Counted from the stretch's first letter, positions 11,013-25,120 are shown. The stretch: 64,000 nucleotides of DNA from Octopus vulgaris (GCA_951406725.2 OX597815.1:52018001-52082000), one strand, 5' to 3'. Notes: a model not told the origin generated them from the sequence alone. Numbers and translations: made by a program.

Positions 11013-12607
11013 AACAGGATATATCATCATCATCATCATCCAGTGTTTTAAATCCGGGTTTTGTTCCCATTAATGGGATAGCCGGATATATCTCAATGCC
11101 ATAGCAACCACTCTCACACCATCTCACTGTCTTGCCTGGTTTTGGGCATCATGCTTTTTCAAACCAACCCTCCCAATCTCCTCCTCCACCTGTTCCCTCC
11201 ACCTTTCCTCAGTCTATCTCACTTTCGCATTCCAATTACCTCAAATGCAACCACGTTTGTCCCAGCTGATGCTGGTGAGTTTATGTCCCTGTAACTTAGC
11301 AGTTAGGCAAAAGAGAGCAATAGAATAAGTACTAGGCTTACAAAAAATAAGTTCTAGGGTCTATTTCTTCTACTAAAACCCCTTAAGGTGGTGCTCCAGC
11401 ATGGCTGCTGTCAAATAACTGAAACAAGTAAAAGAATATGTATATATATGTATGTGTGGTGTGTTTGTATGTACTTTTGTCTTGACATCATGGTTGCAAA
11501 TGAGTATCACAATCATACAAGTGGTGTTGTTTGTTTCCAGTCTTCCATGAAGAACATGTCTAGATATGGAGTTATATTATCATGTTTGGAAATAGCTGAA
11601 GGTTGTCAACAGGAAAGTTATCTGGCCATAGAAAATCTACCTCAAACTCTGTCTTAGCCATGCAAGTATGGGAAAGTGGATGCTAAATGATGATTATTAT
11701 GATGAATGAGGATATTAGATAAGCAAACTCAGGAACTCTAAGCAGTTGTTTCGCCTGCTAGAAATAGTAGTCAGATCTCCTGCAAATAACATACTACTGA
11801 CGTAAAAAACAGAAAATATATCTGATAAAGTAATCTTAGACTTATTATGTTTAGAAAAGAGGTGAAATTGCTTTGGCTGGCCAGGGATAACAACAACAAC
11901 AACCACAAAAATTATGGCCGAAGTTTTATAGAGGTTTATGGAACAGGGTAATGGTGAAGGGTTCATGATGTTTCCATATAAGTTTATGGCCAAAAATAAG
12001 CCATCAGTTAGGCTGTTGTTGTGTAGCCATCAAATTGGGCTTTGATCCAGCAGAACTGACACTAAAAGTGTTCCAGTAATAACCATCACATCTTGTTTTT
12101 TAGACAAAGGGTATCTAGGAACACATTCTTCATTGTTCCTCCTTTCCATCATCATCATCATCACCATTTAAGATCTGTTTTCCAGGCTGGCATAGTTTGG
12201 ATGGTTTGACATGGAGCTGTCCAAACTCCAACTGTCTGTTGTGGCATGGTTTCTATGGTTTCATGCACTTCCTAATACCAACCACTTAACAGAGTGTGCT
12301 GGGTGCTTCCTACATGCACCCAGCATGGGTGTTTTTTAAGTGGCACCAGCACCTGAAAGGACAAGCCTGTATGTATGGAAGGCAGCAATTTTTCTTAGCT
12401 TGACATCATTATTCAATGTGTTCTTCCTTCTGTAGGTGTAATTTGAAAGAGACTTGGCTGCTGTTTCAAACCAGTCAAATGAATGTGTATAAGAAGCTCA
12501 TTGGCTTAAGTTTGCAGTCAGGTTACTTTTTGTGGGAGTGTTCAAATGTTTCATTGACACATTAGTATGATAAGACTGCAATAACTGACGCCGTCGATTT
12601 TGACAAG

Positions 12608-12903
12608 TGTTCCAGCTGATCCGGTCAATGGAACAGCTTGCTCATGAAGTTAATGTGCAAGTGGCTGAGCACTCCATAGGTGTGTGTACCCTTAATGTAG
12701 TTCTCAGGGAAATTCAGCATGACACAGAATGTAACAAGGCTAGCCTTTTGAAATACAAGTACTATTCAATTTTTGATATCTGAGTGGACTGAAGCAACAT
12801 GAATAAAATGTCTTGCTCAAGGACAGAATGTGCTGCTGGGAATTGATCTGATGATGCTACAATCATGAGTGGCATACACTAACCACTAAGCCATGCATCT
12901 TCT
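12608..12903 (-). mobile_element. tRNA-derived SINE family C (copies 26815-27112-, partial 32595-32740+, 58290-58455-)
   Basis: Minus-strand head tggcttagtggttag...tcaattccc, then gtccttgagcaagaca; the body recurs in the window. Confidence 0.85.
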
Positions 12904-13199
12904 CTTGGGATAGCAATACATATAGACATTCGCCTCAATGTTTTTTTTATTCCATTTCTAATATCTACTATTTGCCTTTGTAATCTTTCATAACCTGGCA
13001 CAGTACTTCAGACTATTGGGGACCACTGTGACCACCACCACCACCACCACTGTTACTGTTGCTGCTGCTGGTGTATTTTTAATGATGCAGTGATAGTAGA
13101 TCCCAATTAGTTCATTTAATCTAGACAGAAGGATCATTTTGTTAAGAGGTTACCTGTACAGATGAGTTTAACATATCATTTAAAAAAGGAAGAAATAAC

Positions 13200-13670
13200 C
13201 TATAGAGAAAGTGAGAGAGGGGGTAGAGAGAAAGAAGAGTGATAAAGAGCAAGAGAGAGAGAGAGAGAGAGAGAGGGTGATAAAGAGCAAGAGAGAGAAG
13301 GAGTGCAGAGAGAGAGAGAGAGAATGATAAAGAGCACGAGAGAGAGAGGGAGAAAGAGAGTGAAAGAGTGCTAGAGAGCAAACGAGAGGGAGACATAGAG
13401 CAAGAGAGAGAGAGAGAGAGGGGTCAGAGAAAGATAGAGTTATAGAAAGTGAGAGAGAGAAAGAGAGAGGAGCAGAGAGAGAAAGAAAAAGTTATAAGAG
13501 TGAGAGAGAGAGAGAGGTAGAGAGAGAAAATGAGTTAGAGAGAGGGAGAGAGGGAGAGAGAAAGAGAGAGAGTAATAGAAAGCAAGAGAGTGAGAGACAG
13601 AGAAAAAATGAGAGGGAGAGGTAGAGAGAAAATGAGAAAGAGAAAGAAAAATGAGAGAGAGAAGATAATG

Positions 13671-13730
<60 letters not shown>
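13200..13730. repeat. (GA)n-rich polypurine tract
   Basis: Seen directly. Confidence 0.95.
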
Positions 13731-13731
<1 letters not shown>

Positions 13732-13974
13732 AGTGGTTGATTGGAAACGAGTTGTTAATCGGTCTGTTCTATAAATAGACAGGAGAAATCAGTGAGAAAG
13801 AAGTAGCTTCAAGGAAACTCCATTGTTGCTATAATGCCACAGTTTGATATCTTGCAGTCATGAGTAGCAACGATCTTTTGTTTCTCTCTGTTTCTCGTGG
13901 TTGATGTGGTGTTTCTCAATAGTCTTCTTCTTTGTTTATTGTTGTTATGTCATCCCTACTGCTTTTGTCATCCC

Positions 13975-14300
13975 CCCACCACTATCATCACAACAATCAT
14001 CTTCGTCATTACAACTACCACCACCACCACCACCACCTCCACTCCCACCACCAGCACTACCACCACCACCGCTACTCCCACCACCACTCCCACAACCAGC
14101 ACTGTCACTACCACCACCATCACCACCAATACCACCAGTGCAGCCGCCAATACTACCACCGGCACAGTTGCTTAGATTATTGCCACTGTCACTGATTCTA
14201 CCACTACCACCACTGCCGCCGCCACTGCCTCCACCACCACCACCACCGCTACCACCACCACCACCACCATCACCACCACCACCACCACCACCACTATCAT
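13975..14300. repeat. (CCA)n-rich degenerate trinucleotide tract
   Basis: Seen directly; it explains the poly-P/T/H/G/V ORFs in all six frames. Confidence 0.9.
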
Positions 14301-16005
14301 CTTTCAGTGCCAAGTAGTCATATATCCATTGAAGTTTGCGTGTTAGTGTTTGGAAAAGTGGTTTAGAGAATAATTATTGAGAAAATATTGGCACAGACTT
14401 CAGACAAGTGAAGAGGAACATAACGTGGAGTGGTGGCTGATAGTTCCATCCACTACTACAGAATGAAAAGTTTTACTTTCTTTACAGCATTATCTGCATT
14501 TAGCTTCGTTTTGGAAGAAGTCTATCATGGTATCACGACATGTCAGAACGACGAAGCCAGTGGTTGCAACAGAAAATGTAGCAGCATGGGGAATGAAATA
14601 ATTTGGTAATAGTTCTTCCACTAAACTTTCTTATCCATTCTGGCTCCCACACTGGGGATGGTAACATCAACGACAACAATAATACAGCATTAATGAAAGT
14701 TATAGCAACTTCTTCAACGCAAATGGTAATGGTAAAGATTACATAGGCAACAGCTGGAGTGGTAGCAATGAGAATGCCTCTGTGCAGTTGCTTGACCTGC
14801 TTGAAATAATAATCATATCTCCTTAAATTCAGACTCTTCTGTCTTAACCATTTTGAGACACACTGTGTTTTGGTATGTGTAACCAAAAAGATCAAAATGT
14901 TTTTTCTCTTGAGATTGAAAATGATGGGTGTATGTAGAAAACTAAGGATAAAGTGCCTAAAACTACTTTATTAGTATGTGAAACTATGTATATTGTATAG
15001 TTTTATATTATATCTATTGAAAGACAATCCTTGATAGGCTATTACACTTCAAAACGTTTGCTTCATCAGGCTGTGGATCGGCCTCACTTGTACCACTTGG
15101 ATTGATCAATTGGCCTGGGTGTCCCAAGGTTAATAAAAGAGCCACACTGAATAATGTAGCTCTATCCTCTATGTATTGTGGTTAAGTAAATAAAAAATGA
15201 TGGGATGGTTTGCTTTATCAGGGCTGACCTTGGGCTAAACAACTAATTGCAATGCCAAAAGAATTCAGAAATGCCAGTGAAAGAGTCTCCATGTAGTTGT
15301 TCACCTTGCTAGATATAACAACCAAAGCTCTTAAATTATGTAACTTCAATGAACTGACTGAACATTTTGGACTCAAGAGTTGCTGCAGAATGTGAAATGT
15401 GAAATGTCCAAAAGTAGTAAGTGAAATAATATTCAGAGGACAAGTATCAGGAGATATTGAAAAGAACAGAAAACAGGTTTTCAGAGGGCATCTCCAAAAT
15501 TTCAGAATAATGAACTGAAATTTAAATTGGAAATTTAAAAGTGAGCAGCATATGATGAATGTCCCTCGAGATTCTTTATCAGTATTTTACTGAACTGTCT
15601 GAAAGAGTAGTTCCTCCTCCTCCTCCTCCTCCTTCTCCTCATCCCCCCACCATCATCACCATCATCATCATCATCATCATCATCATTTATCATACATCCA
15701 CCTTTCCATGCCTACATGGGTCAGGTGGAGTTTGTTGAGGCAGATGGTCTTGCAGCCTGAAGACCTTCCTGTCACCAAACCTCACCTGTTTCCTAGCAAG
15801 GTAATACTTCACATACCTAAACGTGTTTTCCATAGAAGGGTGGAAACAAATGACCTCACTAGTATGACAATGGTGTTCATTTAAAACCATCACATGATGT
15901 CCAGATTAGGGTACACATAAATACTTACAAACACATTCATATATTCATACATATATGCACACACATGCATGCATGCATGCACACACACACACATGCACAC
16001 ATACA

Positions 16006-16036
<31 letters not shown>

Positions 16037-16044
16037 GTATGTAT

Positions 16045-17915
16045 GCTAAAGTTCCAGTGAGAATAGTCAAAGCCATAGCTGACCTGACTTCATTGTGGGC
16101 CACCATCTTGAAATTAAGCACAAAGTGTGAATGCATTATCACTGACATTATACAGTATCCCAAAGATATATTCCAAGGAGACAGCCTCTCTGTGATGTTG
16201 TTTATACATTCAAATAAGGAAGTTTGAAGGATATCTCATTGGTTCACAAGGAAAAGGAAATACCAAAATTACACACTGTTTCTTTGCGGATGACTTAAAA
16301 CTTTATGCAAAGAATATGCATGATATGAAAAAGAACCTTGACCTAGTTACAACATTCTCAAAGGATGTAGAGCTGGAGTTTGGTCAGGATAAATTTTGTT
16401 AAATGGTTGTGAAAAGGAGAAAATTATAAACCAGACTAGTAACATCTCCATTAATGATTTGACTTGTATCTGATAATGAATGTTACAGGTATCTAGGAGT
16501 GGATGAAAATATATCTTACAGTGACACCTGTAATAAAACATGTCACTAAAGAATATTACAGCTGAATAAAGAAAATTTGGATGTCAGAACTCTCTGCATT
16601 CAATAAAACAGTGGCCCACAATGTGTTTGCAGTGCCAGTACTTATACCAACATTTGGGCTGCTTGATTGGATGCTTGATGAGATCTGAATCATTGTTGTG
16701 CAAAACCTGAAAAATACTAACAAGTACACATAATTTCCACATAAGTGATGTAGACCACTTGTACCTAAAACGAAAACAAGGCAGAAGAGGCTTAACATCA
16801 ATCCAAAATGCTTTTGACTGTTGCATCATATCCCTTCGGCAACATCTTTTAACCACCAAGTGTCTAAGTGCATCCCTTGACCAAGTTTGCATAAATGAAG
16901 CTGAAAACATTGTAAAACTTGTAAGGTAGGTTCTTGAGCAACTTTCTTTGTCTGATAACCTAGAATACATGTCCAAAGAAGTTGCATGACTCTATTGCGG
17001 CATATCATCAGATGAAAGGATGAGCCTATATGAGCAGAAGACTATGCATGGATATGTTACAAGAAAGCTCCGCGATGATAGTAACATCAATCATCAAAGC
17101 AGTTTATCATGGACCAATAGCTGGATTACTACCTCCCACTTTGAAGGATATGTGTTTGCAATCCAGGAACAGGAAATATCAACCAAGTACCTGTTGCACA
17201 AAAGGGATAGAGATGCAGGTAAAACCATAAAGTATGACAACCGATGCAGACTTTGTGGAGTTTACATGTGAGATTTCACCCACATCATAAGCAGTTGTTT
17301 GAAAATGTCATCATGGTATTAGCTACCGATGAGACATGATGTGGTAGCTAGGACACTCTATAGTGAAATCTGTCAGAAGGATAATCCCGAAGAGAAAGAA
17401 ATAAGAACCCACAATATGGTAGAAGCTATAGCCATGCATAATAAAAAGGAATACTGTGGAATGTCCCAGTGAAAACCTCAATAAAATGTAAGCACAACAG
17501 ACCTTATATAATGATTTGGGATAGAGAAGAGAAACTGGGCACAGTTGTGGAAATTAACTGCCCAGTGGATGTTAACATAAAGCTGAATCTCAATGAAAAA
17601 GAGAACAACTATGCTGAACTATTGAGAAATCTGCAGTTACTCTATCCAGATTACAAGTTCAGGTTTTTACCAGTAATTATTGGGGCCCTGGGATATATAA
17701 CACACTGCCTAAATACCAATCTTGAGAAATTAGGCTTCTCACAACCAGAAAGGAGAAAGCTAATTTGAAGACTACAGATCCAATCCATCACTGGAACTGT
17801 AAAAATCTGTAAGACTTTCCAGAAGTTTATCATTTAAATATATATGAGCATGTCTAGGTATGTAACTATATGCATGAAAATATATACATAAAACATACAA
17901 ATTTGCACATACATA
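16045..17915 (+). mobile_element. R4/Dong-like RLE non-LTR retrotransposon, 5'-truncated, flanked by (CATA)n
   Basis: IFQGDSLSVMLF, FADDLKLY, GRRGL, CRLCG..H..C knuckle, RHD, HNRPYIMIWD..VEINCP..KENNY..PVIIGALG; many stops and frameshifts. Confidence 0.9.
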
Positions 17916-18495
17916 TATACAGACATGCATGCATACATACATACATACATACATACATACATACATACATACATACATACATACATACATACATACACAC
18001 ACACATGCATATACATACATATACATGTAGTAGAAGACATTTGCTCAAGGTGCTATGTAGTGGGACTGAGCCCAAGTCCTCTTGATTGGGAAGTAAGCTT
18101 CTTAACCACACAGCCATACCTAATCAATGGTCGGCTTTGGCTGAGTAATCTGATAAAGCAATCCAACCATAACCATCTTGCCTTATTGCATATCAGAGAC
18201 AACAATATCCAATGTATCCTTCTTTGTTTAAGATAGTAGCATGTGATTCTAAAGACATTGGCTTCTATTTCTAACAGGTCAAATGCATTTACTCTTTTAC
18301 TTGCTTCAGTCATTTGACTGTGGCCATGCTAGAGCACTGTCTTGAAGGGTTTTAATTGAACAAATTGACTCTAGGACTTAATTCTTAAGCCTAATACTTA
18401 TTTTATCAGTCTCTTTAGCTGAACTACTAGATTATAGTGTCAAATGGTGATGTGTGGACAAACACAGACACAAAGGCATAAGTACAAATAGATAT

Positions 18496-18541
<46 letters not shown>

Positions 18542-19589
18542 TGGGGCTTCTTTCTGCCTACCAAGTCCACTTTTCAAGGCTTTAGTTGGCACTTGCCCTA
18601 GGTGCCATGCTGTGGGACTGAACGCAGAACCATGTGGTTGGGAAGCAAGTTTCTTACCACACAGCCACACCTGCACCTATTTATAGAGGTTTCCTTATCA
18701 AACTCATTGGATGAACAGTAAATTGATGGGGCTGATATCAAGTTGCCATGACAATGTATAGTAAGTACCTGAATTTCAACTGAAGTATTGAAAAGTATTA
18801 AATACAGCAACAACTTTGATTGTTTTGACATTTGATCAAATGTATTCTAGCTGTGATTGTTCCACTATTTTCATAGGTGTGTAAGGATACATTTTCTGAC
18901 ACGTTCTTTATTTAAGATGGCCGAGTGTGATTTGAGAGATTTTGGTTGCTTTTGTAGTAGGTTGAATGACATTTAACTTAGAAATCTTCTTAGCTTTTAC
19001 CATAGCAGGCTTTGGTAGGCTGAACAAGGAGTATCCAAAGATAAGCTATCCAAACCAGGCTTTGGTGGTCTGCCTTTAAACTTCTATTTTTATATGACTG
19101 TCATTTTCATTTTTGTCTTAATTGTTATGTATTACTGGCAGAAATTTGTATGCAAGCAAATGAGGTAGAATAGAAAAATTTCAAATCTATAACTGCTAAA
19201 TATAAAGTTAAAGATTCTGACAAACTTATAAGTAAAGTGACTGTCTTTTCTGGAAAAGTAATTTGACTTATATAATTTTATGTAGCTGAAATGATACACA
19301 ATGAAAAATGGAGTCCCTGTGGTTTTGAGTTTCAAGCAATTTTGATGAATCAGACACACTTGACAATGTCAGCTATTGATACCTGATGCCTGTTCTAATA
19401 ATAACCAGATTTTGTTCCCACTCTAATTGTTGGATTGTCAAATATACAGCCACTTCACATTAAGAGGCAGTTTAAGGACATGAGAATTGAGTTTGTGATT
19501 CAGAGGGGAAGACCACCACAGCAGTGAAGTAAAGCACCACAGAGCACTGGAGTGGCTGGACTGTACCCACCCAAGACCCTGAGAACAAC

Positions 19590-21430
19590 AATCAGGTGAA
19601 AGGAAGGATTGCACATGCAATAGGGGTTAGTGTAAGAACCACCTTGAAGAACTACATAGTAAAGTTTAACAAGAAACTATACATGCTATATATGCAGGTT
19701 CAAGGTGTAGCCATTGGTGTCAGTGTAGCTGGAGATGTGGCTGGCCTCTTCATGACCTGGTGGGACAGAAAACTTAAGCAACCTGTAGCAGAACAGTCCA
19801 CAACTCTTTTACTATACAGTAGGTATGTAGATGACATTAATATCATAGTTAAGACCAACTCTAGTAATGGTAATGTAGAAACTGAGAGGAACATAATGGA
19901 GTGCATCCAGCAAGTAGTTAACCCCATTCATCTAAGTATCAAGGTAACTTGATAGGCACCCCAACAATAGAATTCCTGTCCTTGATACTGAACTTTGGCT
20001 AGAGAGTGTGAACAATAGAGTGCAGCTCCTCCACTCCTATTACATGAAACCCATAACTTCGAAATGTGTTGTTCACAAGAACTCAGCTTTGTCACACAAC
20101 ATGAAAATTAACATACTTAGATAGCAGACTTAGTTAGGATAATGAACAATGTGTCCCCACTATGCAAACCCTATGAAACGAAGAAACATGTACAGAACTT
20201 CATGCACTGCATGCAATTCTCTGGATACAACCAGAAAGATAGGATTCAGGTATACAGGGGAGCTAGAAAGAAGTTCGATAACATTATATGTCATGAAACC
20301 AATGGTACCTGCTCTAGATATAGAAGCAAAGACTGGATATAGAAGCAAAGAGCTTGTTACAAAGCAAACGGAATGAACACATGGTATAAAACTGACAAAT
20401 ATCAAGGAGTGATGTTTGTAGAGGCCACAGCCCATGGAGAACTAGCCCGTAGATTCAGGAAAGCTCTGAAAGAGACCAAACTCAACATAAAGATTATTGA
20501 ATAGCTAGTGAACTCCATCAGATCACAACTATGTAGGACATACCCTTTTGAGAATATTATACGCACCAATGATAACTGCATGGTATGTAGGATTAACCCT
20601 GGCAATAACTGTAGAACTAAAAATGTAGTCTGCAGCATAAGATGCATAGAAGGTGCTTGTAAAGGCATGAACAAGACATACATAGGGGAGACATCTAAGA
20701 GCATTGCAAATAGACTAAATGGACATTTGAGACAATATGACGACAAAAAACAGTCCTCCATACTCTATCAACATGCCAAGGACCAACATGGAGGCAACCT
20801 GGGTCAACTTGACACCTGCATTTTATCCAAGCACTCAAGGGACTCAACATTCAGACAAATACAGGAGTACGTCCTCATAAATGAAACATCCCCAGTACTA
20901 AATAGGAAATAAACATAGTAGGTAATCATACCCCCACACCCACAGTTTATATTTATATGCAGGAAGATTAGTTAGTGGGCTGTTATGTATGTATGTATAT
21001 GCACACGTATGTAGGCCAATGGATAAGAATGTAAACAGATAGACATACAGATGGATAGGTACATAGGTTATATGAACAGACAAGCACACATACACACACA
21101 TACATAAATGAAGACTGAAACACATGACCACATACATACACACACTTCACAGAAGGACATATATGGAGATACACATCCAGACATATGGAGGTACACATCT
21201 ATACATACAGACAGAGTACATAGTCACAAAAATCCATACATACACACAGAGACACACTCAGACATGCACACACAAAGAAACAGAAGTACACACATGCGCA
21301 AACAAACATACACAAAAAAACACACGTATATGAACACACAAACACGAACACATAAATGCGCAGAATACATGCATACAAACTTACACACATACATATATAC
21401 ATATGCACACACTCACATACATACATGCAT
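19590..21430 (+). mobile_element. Penelope-like element (RT + C-terminal GIY-YIG), decayed, with CA-rich tail
   Basis: GVAIG and YSRYVDDI RT motifs (19596..19952); CMVC..CRTKNVV..YIGETSKS..RLNGH..RQIQE..LNRK (20508..20912); tail shared with the copy at 59460-61526. Confidence 0.9.
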
Positions 21431-22060
21431 ACACACACTTACATGCATGCATAAAGGTCGTTCTTTATGTTGTTTGTCTTGTTTTCCATATGTGTCTTTT
21501 GTTGTTCGAAAAATAATTCATATTCCATGTACTTGTACTTCGTATTTTTTTGTTGTACTTGTTTCATGACATCCTGTGCCCACATATGCATATATATGTG
21601 TGTGTATATATATATATATGTATATATGTGTGTGTGTGTGCCACACTCAATATAATGATAATAAATGCCACACATCCTCTTCTAAGTAAGTTTTATCATA
21701 ATAATTCTGATGCGCACTCTACACGATCTTTTTGGTCTTTTGTTTTTCTCTCTTTCTCTTATTCTTTTATTTTCTCTTCTCCCACTATTCTATCCTATTA
21801 TTCTGTTACTCTCTCTTCCTCACTCCTCCTCCCTTGCCCTTGCTCACGTATGTATATATGCGTATATGTATATATATTATTTATATTATACATACACACT
21901 GCACACACACACTGACCCACACTCATGGGCACAAACAAACAAAAAGAACACAGCTCAGATAATGGACAGAGTCAACCACTATTGAAAAAGTTGCAAGATA
22001 AAACAAAAATTTTAGGAAAAATAAACAAGTAAATTAATGGAAACCTTACTGGTGAGTATG

Positions 22061-22340
22061 TTAAATTATAAGTCTGGTGACATATGATGTTGGATAAGGA
22101 TGCGATAAATTGGCTGGTGCTAACATTGTACCAGGAAGTGCCAAGGGGGACGATAAAGGGGTTCGGCAGAGGAGAAACCTAAGTCTGTCTAAACCAGTGC
22201 AACAACCAAGAAGACCAATAGGCAGGAATTCTGTCCAAGATTGCGGATCAGGAGTAGTGTGTAGAGTGGCCTTCAGTTGCATGTGAAAACGTTCGACCAT
22301 CCCGATGGAAGCTGGATGGTAGCTGGTCGTACGAAGGCTG
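22061..22340 (-). mobile_element. Gypsy/Ty3 integrase fragment
   Basis: LRTTSYHPASIGMVERFHMQLK..W..LP..LLG, the Gypsy integrase core around the catalytic Glu. Confidence 0.85.
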
Positions 22341-22341
22341 A

Positions 22342-22367
22342 GTGTTTGAATCACATCAAGGTCACCA
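22342..22367 (-). promoter_or_regulatory. Primer-binding site complementary to the tRNA-Trp 3' end
   Basis: Plus strand gtgtttgaatcacatcaaggtcacca versus animal tRNA-Trp ...gtgttcaaatcacgtcggggtcacca (21/26, from memory); 3 nt from the putative LTR end. Confidence 0.75.
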
Positions 22368-22370
22368 TTT

Positions 22371-22622
22371 TATAATGGAAGAAAGGTTTTTATGATACTT
22401 TTGGGGTATCTTCTTCCATTGTAATTATTCTGTTGATTCAAGGAGCTGGAAATATGAAGAAAGCAGTTCTCAGGCAGAGTAAATTCAATAGCCATTTATT
22501 CACCGGTGCTTTGTACAAGGGGTTTGCCTTCAGTAACCATCTTCACAGCATTGTGTAGTTAGCCTTCTCTCCCATACACGTGATATTTAATAACCTCTGG
22601 AGACAATGCATGTGGTATTACA
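22371..22622 (-). mobile_element. Probable 5' LTR of the Gypsy remnant
   Basis: Minus strand starts tgtaat and ends attata (alternative end attaca at 22420); internal AATAAA; abuts the PBS. Confidence 0.55.
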
Positions 22623-23494
22623 GTGAGATAAAAGTCTACTGTGAGCTCCTGGCTTCAAAATCTTTTGTGGTGTCAGTGTGAGAAGATTTAGAGGGAAAAT
22701 GTTGTCTTTTCCTTAAATAATGGTTGCAGGCAAGATCTTGTTTTGGTCTCATGTATGGCAATGGTTACAGGTGAGATCTCACTGTTTCAAAATGGCACTG
22801 GGTTCTTTGTGCCTTGCTCCATGTTCAACCCAAGTAAGCATAGAAAAGTGTATGTTAAAACAATAGATGAACTTCAAGTGAAATTGGTGAAAATGAATTA
22901 ATCTTTCACTTTAGGTCAAAACTTAAAGAAGTTTATACATTGCACCCTACCACCACCACCACCACAACCACTAACTCTTGCTGAATCTGAAAACTTGTTG
23001 ACAGAATAATGTTATCCAAAGTCATTGAGAATATATTGATGATGAAATACATCTATAGTCATCACTATTTTGTTTTCCTAAATTCCTTTGAAAATGGGAC
23101 AAAACTTTTGTTATTACTTGATGTATCAATTGACAATCTCCCTCTCACACACGCTCCCTCTTTCTCTTTCACTATCTAAATGGCCTTGAGCCAATGAGAG
23201 AAACAAACAAACATCATTATTAAAAATTTAAAACATAGTAATAGAAATATTTGTTTCATGTCAGTTTATTTCATAGAGCCTATTTCAGCTTCATTTTACT
23301 TGTGACTAATGTGAAAAACAAATGGCATTGTGTTATTCTTCTTTCTTTTACGTGTGTGAAACAGTAGTAATAGAAGTGTATGTTCAATGTCACTGCAGTC
23401 TCAACTGCAGTAAGCAAGTGCATGTATTTTGTTTCAAATACTTTTTCAATGACTTTCATTTCATTGTAGTCAAAGATTTTTTCCCAATCATCCC

Positions 23495-23935
23495 CACCCA
23501 CCCCCTCCTCCTCCCCTCCTCCTTCTTCTCCTCCTCCTCTGCCACCGCGACCACCACCACCACCACCACCACCACAACCACCATGATCCCCATCATACCA
23601 ATAGCAACTGTAATCACCAGTACCCTGCCACCAACAACATTACTACTGTCTTCCCCTCCCTCCTCTCCAGTTCATTATTTTAATATTATTACTGTAATCA
23701 TCCTGATTGTCCTAGTCATAATGATGCTGCTGTAGATTGAGGATAGGGACCGTTATAGCGATAAAGATGATGAGTATGATATGACAACCATCATCAAAAA
23801 TCCTGAAGATAATGATGATGATTAGATAGCAATCATCATCATTGTGATCCTCATTAATCCCCAATTATTATTATTATTATCATTATTATTATTATTATTA
23901 TTGGTATCTTTATTGATAATATCATTATCATAATT
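23495..23935. repeat. (CCT)/(CCA)/(CAT)/(ATT) trinucleotide low-complexity region
   Basis: Seen directly. Confidence 0.85.
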
Positions 23936-24639
23936 AGCAAGGGTATAGTAGCATAATCAATCCTCACTGACAAAGTGATGTTTCCTTTCAGCAAAGAGGA
24001 AGGAGATAATCATGTCAAACAAGAAATATTTCCTATGAAGTCCTTAGGACCTGCTATCATTCCAACAGAAGCAGGTAGAGAAGAAGAAGCATTGGCTGAG
24101 GAGGATGACTCATACACTGCCCCTCTATCACTTATACCCCTTCCCTGGTGGCACCTCTTAGTAATATGTGGGATTCCAAAGTACATAGCATTGATTGTTG
24201 TTGTTGATTAGTCCCAGGTCAGTTCTGATTGGATTGATATGGGCAGGATCAGTGCATTCTAGCTGTGATCCCATCCCAACATTTTCAGTTGTGCAGGAAA
24301 CCCAGAATTATATTGTACAGCTAACCCTTTTCTCAGACATTAGGTTATGATTTGAGGAAAATTGGTTGTTATTTCTAGCAGGATAAGTGATCATGTATAT
24401 CAGCTTGGATCAAATCCAAGCTGATAAGTGAATGTCAGAATTGATAAAAGCAGTTTTTTTTTGCTGATTTCAGTCATTGCACTGCAGCTATGCTGGGACA
24501 CCACTTCAAAGTGTTTGTTCACTCACATTGATTCTGGTACTTATTTTATTGAACTCAATTTGTTGAACTGCCAAGTTACTCAACATAAATGTAAAACAGG
24601 CATGTTTTCACACAATGTTCCCATGTGGTACAGTTAAAA

Positions 24640-25050
24640 TTGTAAAGGTCTCACTTACATGAAACTGTTGGTAGCCTTGTTAATCCACAATATATATATA
24701 TATATTGTTGTATGCCAGTTTAGCCAATGAAGTCTGTAGACTACATTTCTAGCTTTACAGTTTGCTATTGGGCTAAATATAATACAGTTTCTATCAGTAC
24801 ATGGGGTTCTATTAAGAGGGTAGGTTCTACCGACTAGGGATTTAATAGAGTTACCTGGCCTATCTACAACCTTAATTCTTAGCTTAAGCTTGTCTAGGGC
24901 CCTTCTAAAGCAGTATACTAGTTCACCTCTAGGGGTGATGTTGACGAACATGACACTCTGGTATTTGTGGCTATCATTCCATGACTTGGCCTTCCCTGTT
25001 TTCTTCTTAGTCCTACATATATGTGAGTAGAAGATTGAAAAGGAACACAC
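24640..25050 (-). mobile_element. Penelope-like fragment (linker and start of GIY-YIG)
   Basis: YQSVMFVNITPRGEL..KVVDRPGNSIKSLVGRTYPL..C..NCKARNVVY, homologous to 20400-20640. Confidence 0.85.
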
Positions 25051-25120
25051 GAATTGATATATATGGAAAAAAAGTCAAGGTAGAAAATAGTAAAATAATT
25101 TTATAAAAAACATTTCAGTA

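Noticed and set aside
13897-14317. Proline-rich (formin/extensin-like) and His/Gly-rich ORFs
   Set aside because: All six frames are open because of the (CCA)n repeat; no domain or splice support.
15052-15070. Hammerhead core cctgatgaag on the minus strand
   Set aside because: No stem II or GAAA in the right position.
19596-20912. Selenocysteine recoding as in some Naiad PLEs
   Set aside because: Interruptions include TAG stops and frameshifts that differ between copies, and the domain order is not Naiad-type; this is ordinary decay.
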